Numbered from the whole stretch's first letter, positions 1 to 12,775 are shown. The stretch: DNA of 61,484 nucleotides, filler included, from Jimgerdemannia flammicorona (GCA_003990765.1; 2 parts of 2 records of this genome joined end to end with filler, not necessarily neighbours in it), one strand, 5' to 3'. Numbers and translations: made by a program. Notes: a model not told the origin generated them from the sequence alone.

Positions 1-43
<43 letters not shown>

Positions 44-664
44 GATAAATTTATCTATAAAAATAAAAATATTTAAAATTTTATAAAAAATTAAATTTAT
101 CTATAAAATATTGTTATATAAGAACTAAGTAAATAAATGAAAAATAAACATATTTCTTTTTCTACATAGATTTTGAATTTTGATTATGTGAGATATGCCC
201 CAGCCTACTGTTAATAATATATTCTTTAGTTCTCTACAAGTAGCATATGTGATGTCACAGCATGTGATCACGCCGAATGCTAGGGGGGACGTCATACATT
301 GGCCCACGAAGAAAGATTTTCACCGCCCAATATTTCAGTGTTTACATCTTTTCCGCGGTCGTCGTCCTCCCAACCTCAAATCCGTCTCAAACAAAGAACG
401 AGAACACCCTGCAATTCCCGTACAGACACTTGGCATATACCATACGCGGTTCTGGGAAGAGTGTGTGTATCTATCCTTTCACCAGGAAACCAATAATAGG
501 TGGCACCAGCTAATATTACATGGTGGCCTTCGGGTGGCTCCGAAGAGAAAAAAGAGGCACGCCGACTCTAGAGGTAAGGAGTGTGGTAGGTCCACCGCGC
601 GGGACGAGCAAATACGCGCGGGTGGCGAGTTGGGAAGGCGACGACCATATGCGCGAAGTTCGAG

Positions 665-672
665 TATAAAAG
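665..672 (+). promoter_or_regulatory. TATA-box-like element upstream of the ribozyme
   Basis: TATAAAAG followed by a pyrimidine-rich stretch, ~115 nt before the cleavage site. Confidence 0.4.
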
Positions 673-780
673 TCAGTAGGCCCCTTTCCAATTCTGAATT
701 CTGTTATCGTTGGTTTTTGAGTTTGACACCCGTTTGGAATACTCTTTCTAACAAACTCTGGCCGGTGCGCCATGCGCTGC

Positions 781-840
781 GCCGGTCTTGGTAGCTTCTT
801 AAGCCAACTGATGAGCCCCTTGAGCAAGGGCGAAACCGGT
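781..840 (+). ncRNA. Type III hammerhead ribozyme (predicted cleavage after GUC at 787)
   Basis: Core CTGATGA 808-814 and GAAA 832-835. Stem II GCCC 815-818 / GGGC 828-831. Stem I TTGGT 788-792 / GCCAA 803-807. Open stem III GCCGGT 781-786 / ACCGGT 835-840. All conserved core positions are present. Confidence 0.9.
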
Positions 841-954
841 CCATAGTACCGAGCAGATTACTGTTGTCAAGCATACAGCGAAATTTTATGAAGATATGTA
901 AACTTTATAATTTATTATAAAATATAATAAAATAATAAAACAAAAGTGAAGTGA

Positions 955-1418
955 ATGATAACACGTATCCCTGGGTTTAACGAAAACTGGCGTGTCCTGC
1001 GATTCTATGGTCCACCATTCCGCGTTCTCTCTTCATTCTGTAGTCTATCCAAAACCTTGAGAATGACTAAGTACCATTTAATGTTCAATTCCCGTCAAGG
1101 GGCCATGCCATTGCTACTTGGCTTATGCCAAGGGGTACTTTCTCGAAGTCATATAATGTGTTTATTAATATTTTATGTGATACTTATTGATTCCGCAACC
1201 GCTTTCTGTTTACTTACATCCATCCATCCATCCAGAGAGTCTCCAAGTAGATAGCCGATATCAACCGCCTCGGAGTGTCCTCCTACTCTAGTGGGTGCCA
1301 ATTTCCGAAGGAGTGTGCGACACCAAAATGGACGTGGTATAATTTGAGGAGACCCGGCACGTAAGTGGATTTTGAAGGATTGAGGTAGTGGGGAATCTAG
1401 TAGGTTTGACGGAGACAT
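955..1418 (-). other. Possible small spliced gene or gene fragment, unknown product
   Basis: ATG ORF 1418->1173 with a GTAAGT donor near 1217; CpG retained. No recognisable domain. Confidence 0.2.
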
Positions 1419-2128
1419 GAGTCATTATAATAATTCATATATACTCTACACCAATTGTTATTCAATTATATCAACGACGCAGTGCTACAACTGGGCCGTT
1501 CACTTGCTTGCCACTCACCTGCTCGCTATTACTTGTTCGTTATCACACCGATCATGCAGCAGGCGACACGGCGAAACAGCCAAATTTGGGTGCGCCACAA
1601 TCCTGGAAACCGATGGCTGCGGGGAATGAATGCCACATTCCGTTGAGGCAGGTGAGAAATTGTGGGCTTGAGTGGAAAAAAAACATGGTTACGGTGATGG
1701 TGGACAGATGGGTCGAGTTCGGGCACTTGTAACCTGCGATGAGCTCCGAGATGGTGGTGCAGATACTAAGGCTTTGTCCCCTCTCTCTCGACAGTCCACA
1801 CATTGCCGCCGACCCAACTTTCCCCTCCTGTCGTTTCTTTCGACAACTACTCTTCCATCTTCTGGGCAACCCTCCCAACTTTTTCCGGGTATTACACAAC
1901 CGGGTCCGACGACCATGATTTCCCAACACTCACAAGATCCTGTGGCAGATCTTTCTAAACATCTGGGTCGTCGTCGTCGTCAACCTCTTCCTCTTCCTTA
2001 CTGCCAACACGGCGCCGATCGATGTAGACGCCGAAGTCAACAAGGCCGCAATGCCACTGGATGGATATGTGGGGAGTGGTCGCGTCCTTAGTTGGAAGTG
2101 CCGCTCAGGGTGGGGTTCACCTCGAGTC

Positions 2129-2665
2129 GGTGAACGGCGTGCAGGTGTGCGGCGGCGAGCAGGTGGATGGTGAGCAGGTGGATGGTGAGCAGGTGAATGA
2201 CGTGCAAGTATACGGCGACGAGCAGGTGGACGGTGAGCATGTGAACAGCGAGCAGGTGAACGGCGGACAGGTGGACGGTGAGCTGGTGAATGGCGTGCAA
2301 TTGCACAGAGGCGAGCAGGTGGATGGTGAACATGCAGGTGAGCGGCGAACAGGTGGACGGTGAGCAGGTAAATGGCGTGCAAGTGTACGGCAGCGAGCAC
2401 GTAGACGATGAGTAGGCGAACGGCGAGCAGGTGAACGGCGGGCAGGTGGACGGTGAATAAGTGAATGGCGTGCAGGAGTACGGAGGCGAGCAGGTGGACG
2501 GTGAACAGGTGAACATCGAGAAGGTGAGCGGCGAGCAGGTGGACGGCGAGCAGGTGAATGGCGTGCAAGTGTACGGCGGTGATTATGTGGACGGTGAGCA
2601 GGTGAGCGGGTGAATGGCAGCGAGACCACGAGCAGGTGAATGGCAGCGAGACCACAAGCAGGTAA
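2129..2665. repeat. 15-bp minisatellite (GGCGAGCAGGTGAAC/GAC, with periodic GGCGTGCAAGTGTAC variant)
   Basis: Roughly 35 degenerate units; inverted copies of the unit (CACCTGCTCGC-like) at 1496-1547. Confidence 0.9.
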
Positions 2666-3679
2666 ATCTTATGATCCTGCACCAGTCTGACGGTTTGCGA
2701 AAGTGGGTGTGCTATTTGATGCGCTAAGAGCGTCCACAAATAACATCATGTTTCTGAAACACTCTAAATGACCTTCACCTTCTTTCCGTAGTGCTCTACA
2801 CAACAATCTAACTCCAAACAATCTGTTGAAATTGTTGAAATTCTTATTATTATGCATCTCGATAATGTGGCTTAGACACGTGATTCTTTGACTACGTCAT
2901 CGTCACTCGATGCATAAAAACGCGAGCAATCAATAAACAACGATGCTGCTCTCCATATTTCCAATAAAGTTACAACAAAGGTTATGAGTCCTTCTTAGTG
3001 GTTAAAAAAAACACCTCTCTAATACTGTACACTACTCTACACTAAGATATCACAAGAAATTAATTAAGGAGCCAGTATGTCAAATATAGTCAAGAGGTTA
3101 ATCCTAATATTTGACAATAAGAATTATGACATTTGGACATTCTATATAATGAATCTCCTGGAAGAATGCAGCTTGGCAGAATATATGAAACTACAAGCAT
3201 GTTTACTATGATTGAGGAAGTATAGTTTCTTTATAGTAAAAATAATAGTATTACTCTTCTTTAGTAACTATAGTTGTAAAAGACTTATTCTTACTATATA
3301 TAGACTGAATATCTTATATTTTAGATTCAAAGAAATTTTCCTTTTAGCTTTATATACCAGTTACTAGTTTTGGTAGAAGTTAACTAGTCTTCTGAAGTTT
3401 AGTCAATTTATAAATATAGTAAAAACTAAATAAGATCAAAACCAATTACTATTATAGCTATTATTACTCTTAGAGTATATTATTATTAATCTTACAGAAT
3501 CAGATACTGATGAAAATATACTGGTTCATTTTAACTATAATGTTAACTTTATACTAGTATATCTAATATGGCAGCTTCTTATTTTACTACTGAGACAAAT
3601 CTTTTATATCAGTATAGCTAATAATTTAATTAATATATTCTAGCTTATTATCAATCAGTTTGTACTAACTGAAGATTTC

Positions 3680-4271
3680 TTTTATATTAAACTCAAAAGA
3701 GATAATTACAAAAATAGCTTTCAATATATATAAGTAATTGCCTATAACTATATATACAGATATCTTCAAACCTAAGACTAAAGTTTCTGACAAGACTGTG
3801 AGAAATAGAATTTCTAAGAAATATAGTTGTAAGTAGTTTATTTATCTCAATTATAATAATAAGAATACTAAATATATGATCTTATATATATTACTTACTC
3901 ACAACTATAAATCTCTTCTATCAAAGCTCATATACTATATTTCTGCTAATTATAAAGCCTCTAAATATATATATGTATATATTAAGAATAAGATTTATTT
4001 TATATAATAAGTCAGAATTACTATTAGTAATATTTAGTTATTACTTTTTATCAAGTATAGTACTGATATAAAGAGTTAAATCATTAAGAATATTTATAAT
4101 ATTATTATTAGTAATCAGTTAACTTGATAGAATTTTCAAGCATAGAACATTCTTATACTCCTTAAGTATAAATATAATAAGAATACTAAATTTGCTTACA
4201 AATTTGAGCTGAATGATCAATAATAGCTCATATATATCATATGGACATTTTTGTAATAAAAATAAATATAT
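3680..4271 (+). pseudogene. Heavily decayed MULE/FAR1-like transposase remnant (target of element A)
   Basis: Manual translation gives a C.WFI...THN(Y/H) FAR1-like motif and KFAYKFELNDQ..LIYIIWTF. Appears to continue for a few codons after 21627. Confidence 0.4.
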
Positions 4272-4436
4272 TGTCATGTAGTGGTCACTGAGTCCTTCAA
4301 ATATACCAAATTCTCTTCAAGGTGTATCTCTTAGACTAACTCAAGTTTGTTATAAGTAAGTTCTTATTGGAGTGCCTTCCCAAGGTCTTATAGTCCTCAA
4401 ACTTCTTATCTTTAACTATCTTGTTATCTGAGATAA

Positions 4437-5078
4437 TAGAGAAGGAGGAAGGCCCAGCAGGAGCCAAGGGAGCAAACCTAGAGCCAGTGTCAAAGTGAAC
4501 AGAAGACATGTGGAAAAGCATGTATAAGGGGGACAAATAAAGAATGTAACCGAAAATACATCAGCTGTTTATTGCCATATAAAAACGTAGTCCTTATATA
4601 CAAAATACAACATCTCAAAAGGGAGGATGTGCCATAACTCGAAGTGAACCAAATTAGAAACCATATGACTGCTGGAGATAAGTAGAGATAAAGAGAGAAC
4701 CAATCCCAGTTGTAGGATAAAAATCACAAACAAACACAAACAAAACAAATCCAAATTGGTATTTGTTTTATTTGTATTTGTTTGTAATTTTTATCCTGTA
4801 ACTGGGATTGGCTTCTCTTTTATCTTTACTTATCTCTGGTGGTCATGTGGTTCCTAATTCGGTTTGCCCCGAGTTGTAGCACATCCTCCCTTTTGGGACA
4901 TCATATTTTATATATAAAAACTGCATTTTTATATGGCAATAAATGGCTGATGCATTTTTGGTTATATTCTTTATTTGTCCCCCTTATATGTACACACTCT
5001 TCCATATATCTTCTATTCACTTTGACACTGGCTCTGGATTTGCTCCCTTGGCTCCTGCTGGGCCTTCCTCCTCCTCTA
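4437..5078. repeat. 642-bp near-perfect palindrome (foldback/MITE-like) inserted in LTR1
   Basis: TAGAGAAGGAGGAAGGCCCAGCAGG...CCTGCTGGGCCTTCCTCCTCCTCTA, centre ~4755. Arms differ mostly by transitions. Absent from LTR2 and LTR3. Confidence 0.92.
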
Positions 5079-5388
5079 GTGCTCCCAAACAAGTCAAATC
5101 GAGTTGGGGATTTTTCAATTCAAATCAATTCGAATTAAATTAAAAGTCAAATCAAATTGAGGGTCTGATTCGAACCCTAATTTTCAAAATGCAATAACTC
5201 AGCGTAAACTCATCCAAATCTAACTTACTTTAGCTTGTTAGAATCACATTAATACAGTGAATCTAACAAGCTAAAATATGTTAAATTTAGATGAGCTTTC
5301 GTCGAGTAATTACATTTTGAAAATTAAGGTTCAAATTAGAATTAAGTTTGAGCCAAATTTGATTCAATTCGATTCATTGGGAGCACTA
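5077..5388. mobile_element. hAT-family MITE, copy 1
   Basis: TIR TAGTGCTCCCAA / TTGGGAGCACTA, AATCG/ATTCG-type subterminal repeats, internal ~140-bp hairpin. Confidence 0.88.
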
Positions 5389-5559
5389 GTTATCTCTTAG
5401 ATTGCTTGCAAGGAAGTGTGTATTTGTGAACCAGAACTGACTTTATTTCAGAGGAAATAAGAGGGGTATTTATATAAAATATAATTCAATAGTTGCTAAG
5501 ATATAAAGCTAAATATAAATTCCAATAACTAAAACTACTAAGTTCCAGAGTTGATACTG

Positions 5560-5705
5560 ATGGTTGTACAGGTTCAGGATGCTGGTATAATTCAGTGTTA
5601 TGTCAGAATACCAGTGCTGGCATTATTCAGTATTATCTCAGAATGCTGGTGTTGGTATTATTCAGTATTATCTCAGAATGCTGGTGCTGGCATTATTCAG
5701 TATAA
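5560..5705. repeat. ~30-bp tandem repeats in the family A LTR, upstream (element sense) of the TATAAATA box
   Basis: GAATGCTGGTGCTGGCATTATTCAGTATTA-like units; copy number differs between LTRs. Confidence 0.7.
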
Positions 5706-7081
5706 TAAAGAACTTAGAGTAGAAAGTTTAGGATCATGGGGGCTTCATCCTCATTATTACTGAAGGAGATGATGAGATCCACAAATTCATCATTGTCATC
5801 ATCATATAGGTCATGCATCTCATGTATATTGTGCAGAATGACATCATCACCGATAACATCATCATGTTCAGCAGCGGGGAAATCAGGGGCTCTCCAATCT
5901 ATAAGGTTCTCTTCTACAAAATAAGGAACAAATGTGGGGTCTTGGGGGGGTCTAACCTGGATGCTTGGGCCTTAGAATACTGAGATCAATCCTTATAGGA
6001 ATTGGTCTAGGTTGTCCTGAAGGATGGGATGCCAGAAGTCTTCTACTTCATCACTATTGAGGGTGATAGTGGACTGGACTTCTGTAGCCACCCTGGCTTT
6101 TAGTGCATTGATATGGTGGAATAACAGATCTCTGAAATCTGAGACTCTAATATACTTCAAGTTGGGGATTGACCATGGTGCATGCCTGAAGATCTGATGG
6201 ATCTTCTTAGCTATCCTCATTTCATATATATCCATAGGAGTGGCATCTTGTAGCTCTTGAGTGCTGGCCTGTGGGAACTCCTGGTAGAGGAGGTTTCCTA
6301 TTTCATACTCCTGCCACATTTGGAGATATTCAGTAGCAATAGTGATCTTGGTTTCCATTTCATAACAGTAGAGGATATAGTGATAAGGGTCACTAGTACC
6401 CAGGTTGATACTAGGAGTCCTTCGTGAGTGAGTTCTCATAGTTCTTCTGATGTCTTGGAACATCCTTTCTTCAACTGAAGTACCTTGGTGGTTCCTTGAT
6501 CTTGAGATTTGGCAGACAGCAGGAATTTTATTTGTGGTAAGTCTTTGAGCTATTTTGGGATTAGTGGGTCTTATTGATTGCTATTACTGTAGTTTCTTGA
6601 TCCTTTTTTTATATTCCTCAAGATACTCATACTGTGGTCACAATGACTCACAGTTGGTCATCATTGCTCATCTTGTATGCTATATGATCTCCTTATACTT
6701 CAATCTGGTGACTTGTGAGAAAAGGCTGTCTCCTGTACTGATGTTATCATTCTGAGATCACCATTATATCTTCCTTCTGAATAAGGATCTTCTTGAGCAT
6801 CCTTATTCATTAGTCCAGTCCTGAAAAATTTGCTGATCCTATAACCTCTGGCAAGGAGTTGAAAAGTGATATTTATAAGCTAGCATCTTCTCTTTGTATT
6901 TTGGTATGATGGTGAAGAGTCACTCCCTTCATATAGAGTAAGGGCCTGATTCTGATCTTGACCAATCAGTTGACAGTTTGAACTCCTCTAACTTCAAAAG
7001 TCTCATAGATAAGTAGTTGCCAGTGCTATATCCCTTAGAGAATGGTCCAGACAGATAGCCTGCTGGTCACAGGACATGCTG

Positions 7082-10000
7082 TTACAATTCACAGACTAGA
7101 ACCTCATGAGCAGTCATTATATTTTGCTTCTCTTGTATAGGTTTGTGGTACTTCTTGAGTCTGTTCCTATATACTATGGTAGGCAGTATGGTCTCTGAGA
7201 TTTTTCTAAGCCAGAAGGTAGTTTTCTTGATATCTTGCACATAGAAGGGTCCTTCCCATTTGGGCTCCAGTTTTCGTGACCATGAGGTTTCTATTATATT
7301 TCAATATAGTAGAATCTTTTTCCAATTTGGATGGGGTCTAAAGTCTTGTGATTCTTTTCTGCATTCTTCCTTATTAGCACTTATAACTTGGTGATATAAT
7401 CTTCAGCCTTCTTCCTAATTTAGTATAGTCTTCAGATTTCTGCATCAATCTGTCTCCAAGTTAGTTCTAGATTTGTAGCTGAGGTTCCATTAGAATCTTC
7501 TTCTCCAAAGAGTAGCTCCCTTAGGGTAAAGTGTATGCTCTGTAACTGTATGTCTCATAGGACAGAGAGAGCAGTTGGGAGATAGTTATCCCAATTCTCA
7601 TATGTCTCTGAAATCTTTGCTAGAATGTTCTTGAGGGTCTTATTAGTTCTCTCTGTTTGTCTATTTTCTTGAGGGTGGTACATGATGGTCTTGATGTGCT
7701 GGATCTTGTATTTCTGATACATTATCTCATAGAATCTATTGACAAATTCTGTGCCATGGTCTGTTGTGATTTGCTTCAGTATCTTGTAGTGGCAGATGAT
7801 TTCTTGGTATAGAAAGTCAGCTATAGAGAGAGCATTGGCTTCTTGTAATGCTCCTGCCTCTATCTATTTGGTGAAGAGGTCTACAATAACTATAATATAA
7901 CAGTTTCCTGATAGTATTACTGGTAGTGGCCCAATGATATCTATTGTAATGTGGTGGAAGGGGATAGACTCAATTCTTGATGATCCAGGTACCTGGTCTT
8001 GCTGATCTTATTTCTGTTTTTGGTACTTATCACACCCTTTGACAAATTGGCACAGGTCTTCTTCCATCTTGGGCCACCATATGGTTCTTCTTGCCTTGTT
8101 ATATATGTTGGTTCCTCCTAAGTGTCCTTGCTTGTGTACTTCCTTCATTACTTAATACTTTTTGTATTTGGGTATTACTAGCTTTCCTCCTTTTCTGAGT
8201 ATAGTGTTGTCTAGTTCAAACTATTTCCAAGTCTAGTTGATGATGGTGATTGTCCAGGGTTCAAGGTGGTTGGGCATCTTTTGCTACCCAAGGTAGCTGA
8301 TTAATCTATAGTATAGCTCCTTATTTATGTTGAATAGTCTTGATGGGGGTGTTTCAGGGTATTCTTGAGAGTATATCAGTATTGGTATTAGTTCTTTCTG
8401 AGCCAGTGCTTGACAGTATAGTCATACTCTTGCAGCCTGTAGATTTATCTGGCATATATTCCTTTGGAGTTCAGGGTGTGGAATAGCCAGGCAAGGGTGG
8501 AATGGTCTGTTTGAATAGTGAAGTGTTTCTCAGCTAGGTAGTAGTGGAACTTGTCTACTGCCCAAACTACTGCTAAGCATTTGAGCTTGCATGACTTGTA
8601 GTTCTATTCTGCTCCACAGATACCTCAGCTTACATAGGAGATAACATATTCATCTCCATCTTTCTTCTGAGCTAGGACTGCTCCAAGTTCTATAGCACTT
8701 ACATATGTCTGCAGGATGAATTCTAGGTTCCAGTCTGGTCTTCTGAGGATAGGTGCTTGGATCAACCTGGTCTTGAGTTCATTGAAGGTTTCTTGGTACT
8801 CCTTAGTCTATTTGAATTTGGTTTCCTTCTTCAGTAGCTCATAGATAGGTGCTACAATATTGGAATATCCTTTGATGAATCTTCTATAGTAGCTGGCCAG
8901 TCCAAGGAAGGCATAGACTTCTGTAGTTGTTCTGAATCTTGGGTAGACTACAACAGCCTTGATCTTCATAGGGTCTGTGTGGATTCTGGTCTGGTTGATG
9001 AGGTGTCCTAGATAGGTGATTTCTTGAGCTGCAAACTTGCATTTCTTAGGCTTGATGTAGAGGCCATGCTCCTTGAGCTTCTTGAGGGCTAGCTGTATAT
9101 GATTGACATATTTCTGTGCAGTGTTGCTGAAGATGATCACATTATCAACATAGACAAAGAGCCATTTTCCAATCTTGTTGCTGAAGACTCTATTCATCAT
9201 TCACTGAAAACTTGCTGGAGCATTGTACATTCCAAATAGCATTCACAGGTAGATATAGGTGGTATTAGGTATGATGAAGGCTGATTTCTCACTGGCATCT
9301 TGAATGAGACCAATCTGATGGAAGCCTGAGAACAGATCCAAAGTGGTGTAGTATTTGGCTTCACTTCCAAGGGTGGTAAGGATTTCTTGAATATTTGGTA
9401 AGGGCTGCCTATCCTTCTTGGTGATGGTATTGAGCTTCCTGTAGTCAATGCAAAGTCTTGGCATGAACTCTTCAGGCTTGCTTCCTTTCTTTGGGGCAAG
9501 GACAATGGGTGAGGCCCAGGGGCTGATAGCTTGCTTGATAATTCTGGCTTCTTCTATTTCCTTGAGTTCTGCTTGCAGCCATTCTCTGTAAGCAGGTGGT
9601 ATGGGTCTGGCTTTCTGGTAGATGGGCTTGGTATCACCAGTGTCAACTTCATGGTAGTACTTGAGTTCTTGATTGTGGATATCCCTAAAGTCTGTAGCAA
9701 GTATTCCTTTATTCTGGTGCAGGATCTTGAGAAGTTGTTTCTCTAGGGGAAAGTTTTCTCCAATAGTATGTATATGCTTGTTCTGGTCCTTGTCTTTCTT
9801 GTGCTCAAGTTTGGTAATCTTAGTGGCAGTATAGGCTCCTCTTCCTATAGATCCAAAGCCTTGTTCTCCTCTCTTGGTCTTGATGAGTTTGATGGCTTCT
9901 ATGATCTTAGGCTTCTTGATTTCGTGGATCAGCATCTGGCCAATCCTGTCATGCTTCTTGACTTCAAAGGGAGTGGTGTAGTTGTGATTTCTGACTATGA

Positions 10001-12775
10001 GAAAGATCTTGCCAGTGTAATCAGGGTCAATTACTCCTCCTTCAACTGAGATTTCGCTTTTGGCCAGACTGCTCCTGGTCTTGATAATTTCGGCATGGTT
10101 CTCTGGCAGCTTGACTCCAATTCCAGTGCTAAGTAGAGTAGTGGTCTATGGTTCAAGAGTAGCATCTTGAATGCTGGCAAGGTCCATTCCTATGGCTCCT
10201 TTGGTCTTGTATTCTGAGATCTTGGCTTTGGGGTGAAACTTCTTGACCTTGAGAGTGATGTCTGATTCTTATTCCTCCTTGTCATCACTGTCAGCCTGAA
10301 GCTCTGGGGGCTGGTCATCTTCTTTGGCTTTCCTTTTTGCTTTGGCAGCTTCTTGCTTATATTTTTATTGGCAGATTTTTCTGACTTCACTGATATAGGA
10401 CCAGCAGTCATTCAGTTGTTCAGAGCAGTACATTTTAGTACTATGGGGGCATCTTTCTTGAGGGGCATAGCCATTGATGATCTTGTTGTACCACTGCTCA
10501 TCTGTGAGCTTGGGTGTCTTATTCTTATTCTTGTTCACTGAGTGCATAAAGACCTCTGTATCCTCTTCATCTTCTTCCTCTATGTCTGGTAGGACTTCTT
10601 TGTGGACATTGATAGAGACTTGTACCTTTCTTCCTCTATAGTTGATCTGTATCTTCTGGGCATTGAGATCAATGATGGCCTTGGCCTTGTGAAGCTATTG
10701 GTTGCTAATAAGGATGTCATAGTTGGTGGTACTTATGACAATCATGTCTACTGGGATGATAGCTCCTCCTATCTTAATGGGGACTTCTCAGATTTTGCTA
10801 AGGAGGGTAGCTCATATACTATCTGCTGTGACATAGACCATCTTGATAGACTCTTCAATGTCCCAGCCTAGGTGGTCAATTGCCTTCTTACTCATGAGGC
10901 ATTCTCCAGCACCAGTATCAATGATGGCATCAAAGATACAGTCTTCAATCTGATATGGGGTATAGGCTGATGTCTTGTACTGGTCTTCAGATTCTTCACC
11001 TGAGTTCTTGGATTCTTTCTGTACATTGTGAGCTTCTACAATCTTATACTCTTGATTCTTGGCAGTAGTTATAAGTCCTACTCTCAACTGCTGTCTGAAT
11101 GCAGAGACTTCAGCTAGTTGTCCAAAAGTAGCATTGACCTTCTGTTCCTTGAGGTTCTTGTAGATATCATACTGGTGGATCTTGGTCTTGCACAGCTTCT
11201 GTTCCTTCTTACTTTTGCTTTCTTCTGAGACTGGAGTAGTACCTTCAATGATTTAGCAGGCAGCTTTATCTAACTCTATATCTTGATCAATCTCCTCAGG
11301 TTGGGTCTTGCTTTGAATAGTGATAGCTGGGGTCTTTTTTGGTCTTCTAACTGGCTTGATGTTGCTCTTCCTGTCATAAGGCTTGGACCAGGTTCTGGTA
11401 CCTTCAGTAGTAGGGTAGAATTCAAGCTTCTCATAGTATTCTTCATTATCAGTGTCACCAATCTTCTCGATGACTACTGTATTGGTTTGTTCTCTGGTTC
11501 TGCTAGCATTGCTTGGTTGAGTTTTGTGTTTTGTTTCAGTCATGCAATTCTTTGCATAGTGGCCTTCTCTACATCTGAAGTATGTGATATTGTATTCTTC
11601 TGTAGCAGCTGCAAATCTCTGCACTGGTCTCCTATTGGTGCTTCAGACTTCTCTAACAACATCACCAAGGTGTACAGTCATCTCAGCAAACTGCTTGGTG
11701 AGTTCTTCCACTGGGTCAGCTTTGGTTGCCTTAGGGGTAGGTGGGGTTGATTGTCTGTTTACAACTATGGCAATATGATACTAGTTGACTTTGATGGCTC
11801 CATCTTGATATCAGTTATTTTCTCCATTGAGTGTTCAACAGGGTATCTGGCAGTCCAATATCTCTATACAAAGACTACTTTCTGATCAAGGGTCAGTATA
11901 GCTAGAGTAGACCAGATTGCTAGGGCAATTTCAGGGTAAACTCCTTTGAGAAAGGTTGAATCCACTATTTGTTCCTTGAGGTGGTCATCATAGCCAGCCA
12001 AGACAATCTGGTGACAGATTCAGGTATAAAATGAGTTGGAATCTTCACTAAGTCTCTAGCAGATAGTATTGAGTTGATCCTTGAGAGCTTGCTTGATCTC
12101 TACAATATAATATGTTGTTCTGAGAAAGATCTTCATGTTGGCAAGTTTGGCTGCACCAGCATCAGCAATAGTGGCTGTATTGAACTTGTCTCTGGCAAGT
12201 CCTCTGAGGCTGACTGGTAGAAGGGCCAATTGAGCATCCACACCAAGGGCTCATACAGTGGTGAATTGTTTAAAGTCTTCAATAAAGATCAGAATTGACT
12301 CTTCAGTAGTATATAGTGCTCCCAAACAAGTTGAATCAATTTGAATTGAATCGAATTGAGAGTTAAATGAGTCGAATTGAATTGGGGATTTTTCAATTCA
12401 AATCAATTCAAATCGAATCAAAAGTTGAATTGAATTGAGGGTCTGATTCAAACCCTAATTTTTAAAATGCAATAACTCAGCATAAACTCATCCAAATCTA
12501 ACGTACTTTAGCTTGTTAGAATCACATTAATATGATGAATCTAACAAGCTAAAATACGTTAAATTTGAATGAGGTTTCGTTGAGTTATTACATTTTGAAA
12601 ATTAAGGTTCAAATCAAACTTTGAATCGAATTGGACCTTTGATTCAATTTGAATCAAATAGAATTGGACCCTTGATTCGATCGAATCAAATTGAGTTTGG
12701 GCCAAATTCGATTTGATTTGATTCATTGGGAGTACTAGTAGTATATCCATAGAATGTGGGGGGACATATTTCCAT
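7082..12775 (-). pseudogene. Family A copy 1 gag-pol (gag, CCHC, protease, dUTPase, RT, RNase H, integrase), many stops
   Basis: AIIDTGAG, SPWASPIVL, RLCIDYRKLN, VYVDN (YxDD mutated), WEGPFY. Confidence 0.95.
12314..12737. mobile_element. hAT-family MITE, copy 2, inserted in gag
   Basis: Same TIRs. 8-bp TSD GTAGTATA at 12306-12313 and 12738-12745; the empty site is visible in copy 2 at ~19989. Confidence 0.95.

Larger units (their letters stand above)
4272..6768 (-). repeat. Family A LTR (terminal 3' copy), interrupted by a ~960-bp insertion (~4430-5388)
   Basis: Starts TGTCATGTAGTGG and ends CCATTATA; PPT-like TCTTCCTTCTGAA adjoins it on the + strand. Confidence 0.92.

Noticed and set aside
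521..544. PBS-like TGGTGGCCTTCGGGTGG after ...ATTACA
   Set aside because: No second LTR or TSD found, and the tRNA match is short.
195..794. 199-aa ORF ending inside the ribozyme
   Set aside because: No recognisable domain; it begins in decayed AT-rich DNA and is likely a chance ORF.
808..850. Type I (Penelope-style minimal) reading of the hammerhead, using GUC at 839-841
   Set aside because: The following CATAG cannot pair with GCCAA before the core; the type III fold pairs fully.
1930..2739. Repeat-rich ORFs ((GEQVD)n, (HLLAV)n, (TCSPS)n) and a CRISPR-like appearance
   Set aside because: By-products of the 15-bp minisatellite; frames break by indels and stops, and there are no unique spacers.
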